Below, piece after piece: positions 12,175-23,893 of a stretch of 64,000 bases of DNA. The notes under the pieces are model-generated. The model worked only from the letters and a program-made list of their open reading frames with translations, searched no databases and was not told the DNA's origin. The stretch's first letter is position 1. Each line of letters opens with the position of its first letter. Position numbers and translations under genes: made by a program. Source of the stretch: Selaginella moellendorffii (lineage: Eukaryota; Plantae; Lycopodiophyta); contig NW_003314262.1 of NCBI RefSeq assembly GCF_000143415.4, positions 757,431 through 821,430 of the forward strand. The letters are read 5' to 3'.

Positions 12175-13296
12175 CCTGACCATCACTCCTGATAGTCCTG
12201 ATAGTCCTGATAGTCCTGACCATGGGAACAGGACCATCACTCATAGAAAGTGGAGTGGAAGGACGTGCAGCAAGAAATGGAAGAGGCGACGTCTCATAAC
12301 GTTGTGCCAAGCAAAGAGCATCGTCAAGGGTGGCAAGAGCAAGTGCATGCACAAGGCCGACAAGATCTTGATGAAGTGCTGGCCACAACATTCCTAGCTT
12401 GATCAGCTCCGACATATTAGGCTCCGCACGAAGCAAAAGACTTTGGAAACAAATGCCAAATTGCATCACCGACTCAGATGGCCCTTGGCGAAGACGATGC
12501 AATTGTTGGAAGGCATCGTCACAATCGTCGGCATGTCCAAAGGCGCGTTTGACGACGTCCGGAAGAACACTCCAATCCTCACGAGTGGCCGCACTCAATC
12601 CATTGTACCACTGCAACGCCGTCCCTTGGAGACACGTGGGAAACTCACGTAAACATCAAGCATCATCCCAAGAATGATATGTGGCAATCACCGTGAAGTG
12701 ATTGAACCAATGGTACACATCATCCCCGGGATTCCCACGAAAGAACTCTGGCCGAACGTGAGGATTGGCACCAAGAGCAGGAGGAGTTGGACCACGTGCC
12801 GTGAATGCCGCCATCAATTGAGTTTGGTTGTTCAATTGCAAGCGCATAGCATCAAGCAATTGGACCAACTGCTGCTCGAGAGTCAAAGGAGGAGATTGCT
12901 GATCTGCCATGGAGACGAATGAAAAAGAAAGAGCAAAAGAAGAGAAATGACAAAAAGCTAGAAAGAAATGGTAGATCTAGACAATGCAAAAAGCTAGATC
13001 TAAACCAAAATCCTGAAAGAAAAGAACAAAAAGAAGGAAATGGAAAAAACTAGATCTAAACCAAAATCCCAAATCCAAGCACTCCCCAGGGACAATCAAA
13101 GGTGCCCCTCACCTCCACCAATGTGAGTGCTTGGAATATGGAAAGGGAATACAGAAATGTGCATCCCAATTAGCCCAAAAACCCTAGCTTATATACAGGA
13201 GCGAGTGGTCCGGATTGAAACTAATCCGACGGCTACCAAAATCCCACTACGCTAATATTAGTATACGGCATCGTAACCGTACACTTGGCCCTCACA
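12175..13296 (-). mobile_element. 3'-truncated Ty3/gypsy LTR retrotransposon: 175-bp 5' LTR (13122-13296), tRNA-Ala-type PBS, gag pseudogene (12220-12910)
   Basis: LTR bounded by TGTGAG...CTCACA. On the minus strand it is followed by TGGTGGAGGTGAGGGG (PBS). In-frame ORFs 12656-12910 and 12134-12616 are separated by one stop and give retrotransposon gag (PEFFRG..DVYHWF..ALQWY..LRQGPSESV..GPVPM). GC-rich island in AT-rich flanks. Confidence 0.88.
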
Positions 13297-13704
13297 ATCA
13301 AATATTAATAAACTAATATATAATTAAATAATAAGTTATAATATACTATATAATATTTATAAGATTAATAATAGTTTACAGAGATACAGTACTATATATT
13401 AAACACTTAAATGTTTTTATCAACTATGAGCAAGATATAGGCTTATTATTACACTTATTATAGTATATCACTTTAATATTATAATCTTAAACCTATTTCT
13501 AAGATTTAGGCACAGTAAATAGCTATAAATATGGAGAGGATAATATAATTATTAAATGCTCTAATTCTAAGTTTCATAAATATCTTCTTTTCAATTCAGT
13601 CTTTTGCTTCAAGTTTGGGATTGCAAGACTATCAAAAGGGATAAATTCTTTTTGGAATTTGAGAGATCAAGAGCCTTGTGTGATTTCATAGGGACAAAAG
13701 ATAT

Positions 13705-13925
13705 GTTATTCTGGAGAATATGGAATTCATCAAACAAGCAAGGATATGGTGTTCTTGGCAAGTTTTGTTACATATTTTAGAACTTTCTAACATTTCTAAT
13801 TCTGATGGTTCAGGAGTTTTTGAAGAAACTTTTAGGGATCCTTCATGTAATAAATAAGTATTTGAAAAAACACTTAATCTTTAATGACTAGAACACCACT
13901 TGCAAGTTATACATAAAAGATTTTG
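13705..13925 (+). pseudogene. MORC: Second, more decayed MORC fragment (S5 domain C-terminal exons)
   Basis: LFWRIWNSSNKQGYGVL | gcaagttt intron | GVFEETFRDPSCNK*VFEKTL..LEHHLQVIHKRFW, colinear with 2506-2723. Confidence 0.8.
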
Positions 13926-15614
13926 GTTAGAATCCTTTCTATAATTTTAAATTTTTGTAATAACTTATACAGTATTAATAATTGCAACAATATAGAATAT
14001 GAGGGACCATCTGCTTATTTTACTTTTTTTACCAATAAAAGAAAGGCTATATACAAAGAAAATGTTCCATTCTCATATAAAAGTATTTGTGGAGTTTGAT
14101 GATCTCCAAGGTATAACTATCAATCTCTACACTAAAAAGGCAATTATAAATTTCAAACAAAAGATCTGAAAGATACACATCATCACTATTGGATGATGAA
14201 AACAAACAATGAAATTCTCAAAAGGTCAAGTTACATATAAACAAAAAAGTTTTACAAGCAAAACTAGATTTATGTAATTGTCATGTGTAGATTAATTTTA
14301 AAACTAGAATTCAGATCTGAACAAGCTGAAGCTCAGTCAAAGCACATCATCTGAACATTGAAGGATATTGATACAATTGATGACTCATTAAATGCTCTAA
14401 ATAATAATGATAATAGACTAATTTCCCAAAACACTGATTTAGCAGCAAATAAAGTCTTGAAATGTAATACTTTTGAAACATATATGATATGTTATTCAAA
14501 TGTCACAATCAGCAAAAAAGTTAGTGTGGTTAATCCAGGAACTATAGATAAATATTCTCTTGAACTAAAGAGAACCCAGTTTTCATCAGAACTGAAATCA
14601 ATTCCTGCATGCTTCCAAAGATAAAACTCTTATTCTGGAAGAGGTCAGTTGTATGATTATGGAAGAAGACATAGAATAGAAAACATTTTTATTTCCATAC
14701 AAGATTCCATATAAGGAATAAGATAGGTCTATTTTCTATATCATTAACTCTTGTACAATAAATGATACTAAAGCTATTCATCAACTGAGGGAGGAAAGGA
14801 CAAATGTTTTACTTTCCATGTTTATGTTTATTTTTTTAAAACGGTTGCTAACTATCCCTTTTAGAATGGAGTAACAGTTACGAGTAGGAGTTTTTCAAAC
14901 TTAGGAGCTTGAAGAAACAGTCATTTTTTACTCTATGCATCTCTTTCTTATCTTATTTATACTTATTATTGTTACATCTTCAGAATTTGGAAAAAAATTG
15001 ATTATCTAGCATAACCAAATATGACAAGGAAATAAACTAATAAAGACTGAAGACAATGAAGGCCATCTATAAAAGAGAGATTAAACAAAAAAATGATAAA
15101 CACACACTTCACAAAGATGTTAAATTGGATGAGTGTAAATTTCAATATTAAATTAAATTTTGAGTATGGCAATGTAGTGTTATTGGTCCAATGGTTTCTA
15201 TAGATATTGTGGCAATGATACACTCTGCATTGTCTCAGGGAGAGATGGATCACGGCGTAATCAGACAAAGATATGCACTAATTAAATAAAACCTAACTTA
15301 GCATTAGGAAGGATATTTTTTCTACAAATAGAAGAAATGGCTTTCACCAAATTCACATTCAAATTTAGATGCTTTGGTCATTGTCACAATAGAATGCCTA
15401 GCACCTGTATGAATGCCAATGAACTTTTCTTTTAATTTCTACAGGTAGTATCAGATTCTTCTATAAAAGTTTTGCAACACAAAATGCACCATCTTTGCTA
15501 AGAGTAAAATTCTTGAAACTCACTTACCGAGCTGATTTAGATTGTGTCTTTTATAACTCACATTGCTAAATTTAGATAGATAAAACAAAGAAAAAATCAA
15601 AAGAAAATAATTGT

Positions 15615-16010
15615 GCTCCTGTTCCTTTCCTCCTTGGGCTGTACACTCGGGAGTCATTCCATGCTTCAGTGTTATTGCTCTTTAGCTCCATGCTTAGGAG
15701 TTTAACCTTGCTCCTTCATTTAGTGGCCTAAGGCCCTAAAACTTAGGTTTTGCACCATTGTCCATTGGACACATGGCATGTGGTATATGGCATGTGACAT
15801 GTGGCATATAAAGGATTTAAGTTCTACTTCGTGATTATTCTATGGTAAAACACTATAGGATAAAGGGTGAAAACCACATGCACTACATATAAATGCCATT
15901 CTTGGGGCTAAAAAGCCCTAAGTCCGGAATAAGATTTATGGAAGTTGTGAGTGAGATTCCAAGTGGTATGGTTAAATGACTAAAGTAAAATGAAAAATTT
16001 AGTTGCTCAC
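15615..16010. mobile_element. Decayed LTR fragments (family D in reverse, then 3' end of family A LTR)
   Basis: 15615-15890 is the reverse complement of 18255-18560. 15893-16010 matches the A LTR end (gttaaatgactaaagtaaaatgaaaaatttagttgctcac). Confidence 0.75.
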
Positions 16011-16108
16011 TATATATACTATTCATTTGAGACTAAATCTAGTCCATCTATTCTTGTATATAAGCAAGGGTCTAAACCTTAATTAATATAACTTTTCTTA
16101 TATCCTAA

Positions 16109-16264
16109 NNNNNNNNNNNNNNNNNNNNNNNNNNNNNNNNNNNNNNNNNNNNNNNNNNNNNNNNNNNNNNNNNNNNNNNNNNNNNNNNNNNNNNNNNNNN
16201 NNNNNNNNNNNNNNNNNNNNNNNNNNNNNNNNNNNNNNNNNNNNNNNNNNNNNNNNNNNNNNNN
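16109..16264. other. Assembly gap
   Basis: Run of N. Confidence 1.
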
Positions 16265-16784
16265 TATATAATATTTAGATAAAATTTTATTTTAAATTCT
16301 GGTTTTTATCCATATGTTATTAAGTTTCTATAAATATGTTTTAGAAATTTTTAAAGTTTCCATAATTTTTATTTATTATTTAAAAGATAAACTATTGAAT
16401 TCCACTCAAATTCCAGTTTATTATCAAACTGGAAGAAAGATGTCTATATTTTTAATAGTATGTATTCAAATTTTAAAATGCAAATACACACTATTTTATA
16501 TTTTCATAAAGTTTTTCCTCTGATTAATTTTGAATATAAATAATGATAAAATAAATTTTTTCCTCAAAATACAATTTTATATTATTTAATTTATAAAATC
16601 AGTATGGCACTCTAAGCATAACTACAACCCAAAGACACTACTTTATGTACTCTATTCAAATCTATCAACCACAACTAGATGGATTGATGTTGTAGAGACA
16701 CAATCATAGCAATAACTAGTGTATGATTCTCAAGTTGATAAAGGCATTTTTTATTAATGATGATGAACTTTTGTTTTATATTAT

Positions 16785-17120
16785 TGTAGAAAACTAAAGA
16801 GAAATACTTGATAGATAATCATTGGGGTTAATTATAGAGGGAAAAGACTCATGAATAAAAGTCCACTTGGTTAAGGGTCTTGGGATATTTAGAGTTAAAC
16901 ATCCTTGAGTTTAAATAGGATAACATCCCAAAAAGTCTAAATTCAAAAGTTTTACATTTAATATTAAAGGGGTTTTGGGTTTGACACTATTTGTTAGTTG
17001 GGGGAATCACACAACATATTGAGATTACCATTTAACAGTCAAATATGCTCTAATTGAGCTAGACTTGAGTAGTAGGGTGTTAAGAGCACAGGGCCCTTAA
17101 GAGCAATATGACTCTTATCC
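16785..17120 (+). mobile_element. Decayed Cassandra-type TRIM (LTR plus part of internal region)
   Basis: ggttaagggtcttgggatatttagagttaaacatccttgagttt matches the TRIM LTR and 5S A-box region, followed by internal-region similarity (ggaatcacacaacatattga). Confidence 0.72.
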
Positions 17121-17759
17121 TTTAGGAATAATATTAATATTTAATATTTCAAAATCAAGTATTAGAAGAAGTGGTAAGTATAGAAGGCATTCCAATGAGA
17201 ATTAATGCAGCCTATGCTGAAACTATTTTCAACTATAATCCATTCAAAGATGCTAAAAAACTCTTTACTGAAAACTAAGCTAGTATAGAACAATACAAAC
17301 AGATACACAAAATAAAAAAATTAACTATATTTTGTATATATAATAACAACTTATTCATACTTGATACTACATACTTATATCTAATTGGCTCCAGACTACG
17401 GTTTTAAAATGACTTAAATTTGCTCTATGAAGTACATAGAATGTATAAACAATCTAATAATCTTTGAAATAAAATACTCAAACATCTGGATGATAAATAC
17501 TCCAAACCATCAATCATGAATAGATTGCAGCACTTTACTATCAATAGCTTCTCCCTATCAAAGAGGATAGACATTGGCAAGTTTATTTTGAGCAATTACT
17601 TTGGAAAGCAATCTACTTCTATCATGATGATTGAATAGCTATTAATGCTTACAGCTAAATACAATTTAAAAGAAAGTGGTTTACCTTATATGTAGTCTAT
17701 ATACTCATCTTTAATCTTTATCTGACATATATAACTTGAACAATAATGTAAACAGATTA

Positions 17760-20700
17760 GGGATTGAGACTGAAACCAAGACCAAGACCAAGATTGAGAC
17801 TAAGTTCGAATCAAAAAGTGAAAGCTCAAAGTGTTCATTTCCCAGACACTAGGGGGTTTGGTGAGCTCCAAAAGGATAGTAGGGGGAGGACTTTAGTGGA
17901 ACTAATTTAGTTAGGAAAGGCAAGTGTGATTAAGGAAAGCTATATCTATGTGATAAGTGATGATATAACCACTGAGGAGTCCAATGCTAAAGTGAACATG
18001 GATGGATAAATAGGGTAACTTAGTGAAGTGTTCAAGAGTTAGCTTTAGCTCCTTTAGAAGATCAAATGGTCAATACTCTTAATTTAAATGTGGGTGGCAC
18101 TACATACCTTGATACTTGGCGTGGCTTATCACAACTTTGTTTTAGCTATATGGCTAAGGCACCCAAAGGTAAAAAGTGGGGAGAGTACCCATTGGACTCG
18201 CGTTGGATTGCAATGTTTCGAAATGTCATCCCAAAGTCCTAAAGTGTGGAAAAGTGTAGCACACGTGGTTTTTACCCTTTATCCTATGGTGATTTACCAT
18301 AGGATAACACCACAAAGCAGAAACTAAACCCTCTTTGTGCCACATGACAGATGCCACGTGTCACATGCCACGTGTCCAAAGGACAGTTGTGTGGAACCCA
18401 AGGTTCAGGGCCTTGGGCCACTAAACGAAGGAACGGTGCCAAACTCTCAAGCATGGAGCCAAGGAGTGATGGAACCAAACCACGGAGCAACTCCCGAGCA
18501 TACAGCCCAAGGAGCGAAGGGACAGGAGCCCGGAGCGACTTGGAACAGTCTTGGAGCAACTAACATCCTAATGCCAGGACTGGCGCGCAAAATGGAGCCA
18601 AACGGAGTCTAGCGCTATTTCAGCATACCGGTGGCCTAATGCGAGGACATGGGTACTCCACCAGCTAGCATGGAATGGAACTTAAGCTTAAACCCAAGCC
18701 AGACGCAGAACAAAGATAGGCACGCAAGTGGGAGCTAAACTATGCCTCAGGTTGGTCGGCCATGCCCAACCTACCCCACTATCCCTACTATACATTTGGA
18801 ACCCCTCACAGCCCCCCCCCCCCCCCCCCCTGCCCCCCGCCCTCCGCCTTGAGGAACACATGCTTTGAGCTTTCACCCCAAGCCTCCTTTAGTATTAGGA
18901 GTTAGTCTTTGGGACAAGCTTGAAACTTACTAAATATGGAATGTCTTTAGATTGCGAAGTTGGACACGGGACGAACACCATTGTGTTCAGGCCGATCTCT
19001 ACATTCCGTAGATATGCCAAATGAGCAAATCTGGACACTTCCCATAAATAGCATTTGGGACCGAAATGAGACTAACACAAAGGGCATGATAGCGAGGGTG
19101 TTTGGCAAACACGGTAAGCTATCATCTAGCAATATTGAAGGACCAAGCTCAATATTGCGGGGGTTCCCAACACTAGCAAGTGCAAGTCAACGAATGAGTT
19201 TTTCTAACTAGGTCAAGTATGCTTGACTAAATAAACACTTAGGAATTCCTTTCTTATGCTCATCTAGTCAAGTGCACATGCAAAGACCAGTTTTTCAACT
19301 AGCTTAGGCGGAGACTGATAACGGGTCCAGCAATACCGACCTCCTACCGTCGTGGCAATAAGAAAAGAGTGTCCGTAAGGACTGGTCGACAGGTAACTTT
19401 CGATACTCGAAGTCACATTCACAACAAAAAGAAGAGGAGCTGTTGTCTTGTGTAGTGATTAAGGATATAGTCACGTGGCAAGGAAGTCCCAGAGGTCAAT
19501 GGAACATAGTGGTCAAGCCTTTAGGCCTTGACCTAGTGGCAATGTTGGCAAGCACAGTTGTGGACAAAAAAGGACTTGGTGGAAACAAAAGAAGGGATAT
19601 TAAGAAAAAGTGTTCCCCATATCTTCAAGCATCTTAAGGATGCTAAGGTGTGGTCTTGGGATGACCACTTATGAACAAAGAACCTAGTCTTTGAGAAACA
19701 AAACTATGGCATGAGGGTCTTGAATTGCCAATGAAAAAAGGGTAAAGGGACATAGCTTTAGCATAATGGGCTGATATGTCAAAGATACCTTTGGGGTGTT
19801 TGTCATAGGGTCAGACATGTGGACCACTTAAACCAAGTGTAAAGGCTGAGTGGCATAGATGCCATTCTCAGGGCTAATATGTCATTAAGTCAGGAATAGG
19901 ACATACGAAGGTTTTGAATGAGATTTCTCCAAGTGGTCAAAGGTGTGGTTAATTGATTAAAGTAAAATAGAAAATTTAGTTGCTTACAATTTGGTATCAA
20001 AGTTATTCTTTAATCCAATTTTTATTGGTGGTCGAGAATATCACCACTTATATTGGAATCAGAAAGTCCTAGGAGTAGGTTTATCCTCAAGGAGTAGCAT
20101 ATCAAGATGGCATAACTCATACTTGGGTTCATACATAAACATATAGATAATATGATGGATAGAAAGGATAAGAGATGGATAAGGGAACAACTTTGTGATT
20201 GATAAGGGAATGACTTTGGGATTTTAGGAATAATAAAAGGTTTTCCTCATAGAGTTGAGGATATAATCAATATTAGCGTTTGAGTTAGCAAACTGGCTAA
20301 TATAGTTGTACAATTGGGATCATGGGAATAATGGAAAACTCCTAGATGATAAAGAAGTTATAAGATTATATTCATATAGTTGAGGATGGTGTTCATAAAT
20401 TTGAAACTAGAGTTAGTGACTATAGGAGGTGAAATACTAATAAGGACATATGTCTTTGAAATGGTAGTTGAGGCTACATTAATAAATGTTGGAATTTAGG
20501 GTGTACTCAAAGGATGAATTGGTGTTTTATCATATAGAAAGATAGTTTTAAGGGGCAAAAATAGCCCATGTAAAACAAAGGATGATCAAGTGTTAAGATA
20601 ACACTTGCAAACATGGTTCTTGTGAATAAGATATGAATACAAAAAGTTGTATTTAAGTATGGTTGCACCTCAAAAATAGCTAAAAGGCTAGGACTATATA

Positions 20701-21088
20701 AGATATCAGATTAACAAAGAGATAAAGTCTCTAGAAAATAATGAATAGAAGATGCTATCCAATGTCTAAAATTGATAAAAGATGGGTAAATCCAACTATC
20801 CAAAGTGGATAAAGCTAAAAGGATTTTTGCAAGGCTATCATTGAGCATGTAAATGCCTATGAGTAGCAATATTAATCTTTGTATATAGGATTATAAAGTG
20901 AGCATATCCAGATTGAAGAATCACTCCCTAGGCCATTGGGTAAATTCATCTCTACAAATACTTGTTAAAGCATGGTAGAAAGTGCAAAGCTATCCTTCTA
21001 GCCTAGAGGAGAATAAACAAAGAGAAAGTGTAAAAACAAAAGAAAATAATAAAAGGATAAAACCAAACTATAGGTATCGAAAGTCATA
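17760..21088 (+). mobile_element. Old family A element (partial 5' LTR to 19988, PBS, deleted internal region)
   Basis: Diverged match to the A LTR ending tgcttaca (19988), then PBS atttggtatcaaag, then internal similarity to 21430-23160 with deletions. Confidence 0.8.
18255..19426. mobile_element. Solo LTR, family D (1172 bp)
   Basis: TG...CA ends with 5-bp TSD AAAAG (18250-54 and 19427-31), interrupting an A LTR at ...gtggaaaag^aagaggagc. Confidence 0.85.
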
Positions 21089-23778
21089 TGTGAGATACAA
21101 ATCCCTAATCCCTAAAGTGGAGCCAAAAGTATGCCATATGGTAGTGGTCAAAACAAAAGTCCAATGAGCATAATATGTTGGGACCAAAAACTCTAACCTA
21201 GAAAATCAGAAGCAGGAGTGGAACTCCAAACAAAGTGCTTGAGGAATGAGTACGAAGCAATTGATGAATGAGTCTCTAGAAAGTGTGGAGTGGCATGGAT
21301 GCCATTCTTGGGGCTAGCAAGTCCCAAGTCCTGAATTGGACTGATGGAGGTTGTGAATGAGACTCCTCCAAGTGGTCGGAGGTGTGGTTAAGTGACTAAA
21401 GTAGAATGGAAAATTTAGTCGCTTACAATTTGGTATCGGAGCTGTTCCTTAGTCCGACTTTTATTGGTGCTCAAGTATATCACCACTAGTGTTGGCATCG
21501 GAAGGTCCGAGGAGTGGGCCTATCCTTGAGGAGTAGCAAGTCGGGAAGACATGGCTCTCCATTACAGTTCATGTGTGAACTTGTAGACGAGGTGGTGGAT
21601 AGAAAAGGGCCAATAATGGAACGACTTTGGGATCTTGGGAATAGTGCAAGGTTTTCCTCATATAGTTGAGGTTGGTGCTCATGAATGTGAGACCAAAGGT
21701 AATGACCGTGGAAGGTCAAATACGGAAGAGGACTCAAGTCCTTGAAATGGTAGCCGGGGCTACCTCTAATAAATGCTGGAACAACCCAAGGAGTTGGGGG
21801 TGTATTAAGTGGATGAGTTGGTGTTCTCATCACATGGACAAGTAGTCCTAAGGGGCAAAGGTTGCCCCCAGAGAACAAAATCAAGTGTCGGAGTAACACT
21901 TGTGAAAATAGTCCTTTTGAGTAGGATAGGAATGCAAGAAGTGTATTCCAGTGAGCTAGTGCCTCACAAGTAGGACCTTACGGGTCTGTGGATTGACCAA
22001 GTCCAAAACTGCTGGATGACTCAAGTAGAGTCAACGGATGGTCCTAAAAGGACTGATGGAAGCATTTGGACTGAGGTGTGTTGTACCCCACAAAGGATGG
22101 GGGGGGATCATAGGATCCAAGGATGAGAACAAAGGGTATCTCATCAATGGCAGAATGTGCCATGCTAAAGTTATGGGAAAGGTGTTCCCAGAAGAAAACA
22201 ACTTTGACATAAAGTTGTGTGTGACCTCTATGGTGCAGTGCTAACGGATGGTTGGCATGAGAAAGAGCGGTGTTGGTCTTGGCAAAGACTTAGACACGAA
22301 GGGGAAATGTCATAGAGGTAGGCTCGTGGAGCCGATGGTGTGGAGACACCAAATGTGCCAAGGTGTGATACCTTGAGGCTATGTTGGTGGGTTCATGAGA
22401 ACCCCTTGCCAAAGGAATCCCAATGGAAATGGGAATAGCATAGCCTAAGTTGCAGAGCATGCAGTTGGAGTGTGGTGACCCAGATAATGATGGAGGTGTG
22501 AAAGCACCAAGCAATGAGTTGTAGGACTTGACAACTATGAGGCAACTAAGCAAGAGGTGCAAAATAACTGGTTAAACGGGTAGAAGGTAGCTACCCAAGA
22601 CTTCTTAATAGCATAAGGAAGTTGGATATACCCTTACGGGGGATAAGTTGCTTGTGTTGCGATATAGTAAGTCAATGTCATAAAAGGAAATACTCATTGT
22701 CAAGAAAGCCATCATTGGGACACCTGAACACTCTAGAACACCAGAAGGTGGTATTTGATGTCGCGAGGGCAATGGAGAAAGCCCAAGGGACTAAGTCCCT
22801 AGCGAATGATGGATAGAAGGTGCTATCCAAATGTCCAAGGTTGCGGAGACAGGAGAGGACTGTCTACCCGAGTTGGACAAAGCCAAAAATGGAATTTTGG
22901 CAAGGCTAGTGATGGGCATGTAAAGGCCCATAAGCAACAATGTAATCCCAGTGTGTGGGATTATAAGGTGAGCATACCCGGATTGAGGAACCACTCCCTA
23001 GGCTATTGGGTAGGTTCATCCCTAAGAATACTTGCTAAAGCAAGATAGAAAGTGCAAAGCTATCCTCCCGGTTTGGAGGAGAATGACCAAAGGAAAGGTG
23101 TGAAGCCAAAAAGCAAGAAGTAAGGGGATAGAACCGAACCGTAGGAATCAAAGGGCATAACCAAGGTTGGGTATGCCAGCTGGGAGTGGAAAATCAAGTG
23201 GGGGCTCAAGGGTGTTGCCGCTAGCAACCGTGATGCCATGGAGAGTCTAAAATATGGAATTGTCCATGTTAGACTATATGGCATTTGGAAGGCTTGCAAA
23301 AAGGGAGGCCTTAGCAAGCTGAGGGATAGAGTTCCTTCAAGGTTCCCAAAGACGATTCTAGGTAGCGTAGTACCTAGAAAGGCCAAGTGTAAATGGTTCA
23401 TGGAACGCGCGAAATCAGAGTGGCGCAGCAGAAGCGTGGTCTTGAAGCTTGCCATGAGGCAAGGTTATCAAGGTTAGGGAAGTAGTTCCCGAGTGTTCAA
23501 AGAGAGGGCTTTGAATGAAAGTCGATGGTCAAGGACTTTCACGCTTATGCAGGAACCATGTTACAATGGTTGGAGAACTTGCCAAGTGAGATTGGCACGT
23601 CGGGGGAACAAAGACCCTAGTTGAAGGTGATAAATTCAAAAAGGGTGGGCCATGGGGCCGAGCATGGAGGAGTCCATGCATGATCACAGACATGTCAAGT
23701 GAGAGGACTTGGCAGTGTGGAGGAACTAGGTTCCTAAGCTGTGATCTGTAGCGCACTTTAAAAATAGGTTGGTGCACC

Positions 23779-23893
23779 GGCGTGGGGAGTCACGCCAGGC
23801 ATCTAGTGTGATGCCGTCCGTAGATGCATATACGGAGGTTGGGTTCGAGTCCCGACCCTCTAGTGCTTGGGTTCGAGTCCCAAATCACTAGGG
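23779..23893 (+). ncRNA. Putative structured cis-RNA element: five consecutive hairpins, two with tRNA T-loop-like GGGTTCGAGTCCC
   Basis: Stems ggcgtgg/tcacgcc, ggcatc/gatgcc, tccgta/tacgga, ggttggg/cccgacc, ctctagtg-ttggg/cccaa-cactaggg. Homologues at 28108-28223(-), 38027-38120(-) and 47614-47743(+) show stem-preserving changes. Confidence 0.6.

Noticed and set aside
7800-17750. Endogenous giant-virus (NCLDV) relic or Ulp1-bearing transposon in the AT-rich decayed zone
   Set aside because: No viral hallmark motif was recognised, and the CGVFV at 7792 is too short and truncated to support Ulp1. It cannot be excluded without a profile search.
23838-23885. tRNA gene(s) suggested by GGTTCGAGTCCC
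   Set aside because: No D-arm/A-box, anticodon arm or acceptor stem in canonical spacing. Reported instead as a structured element.
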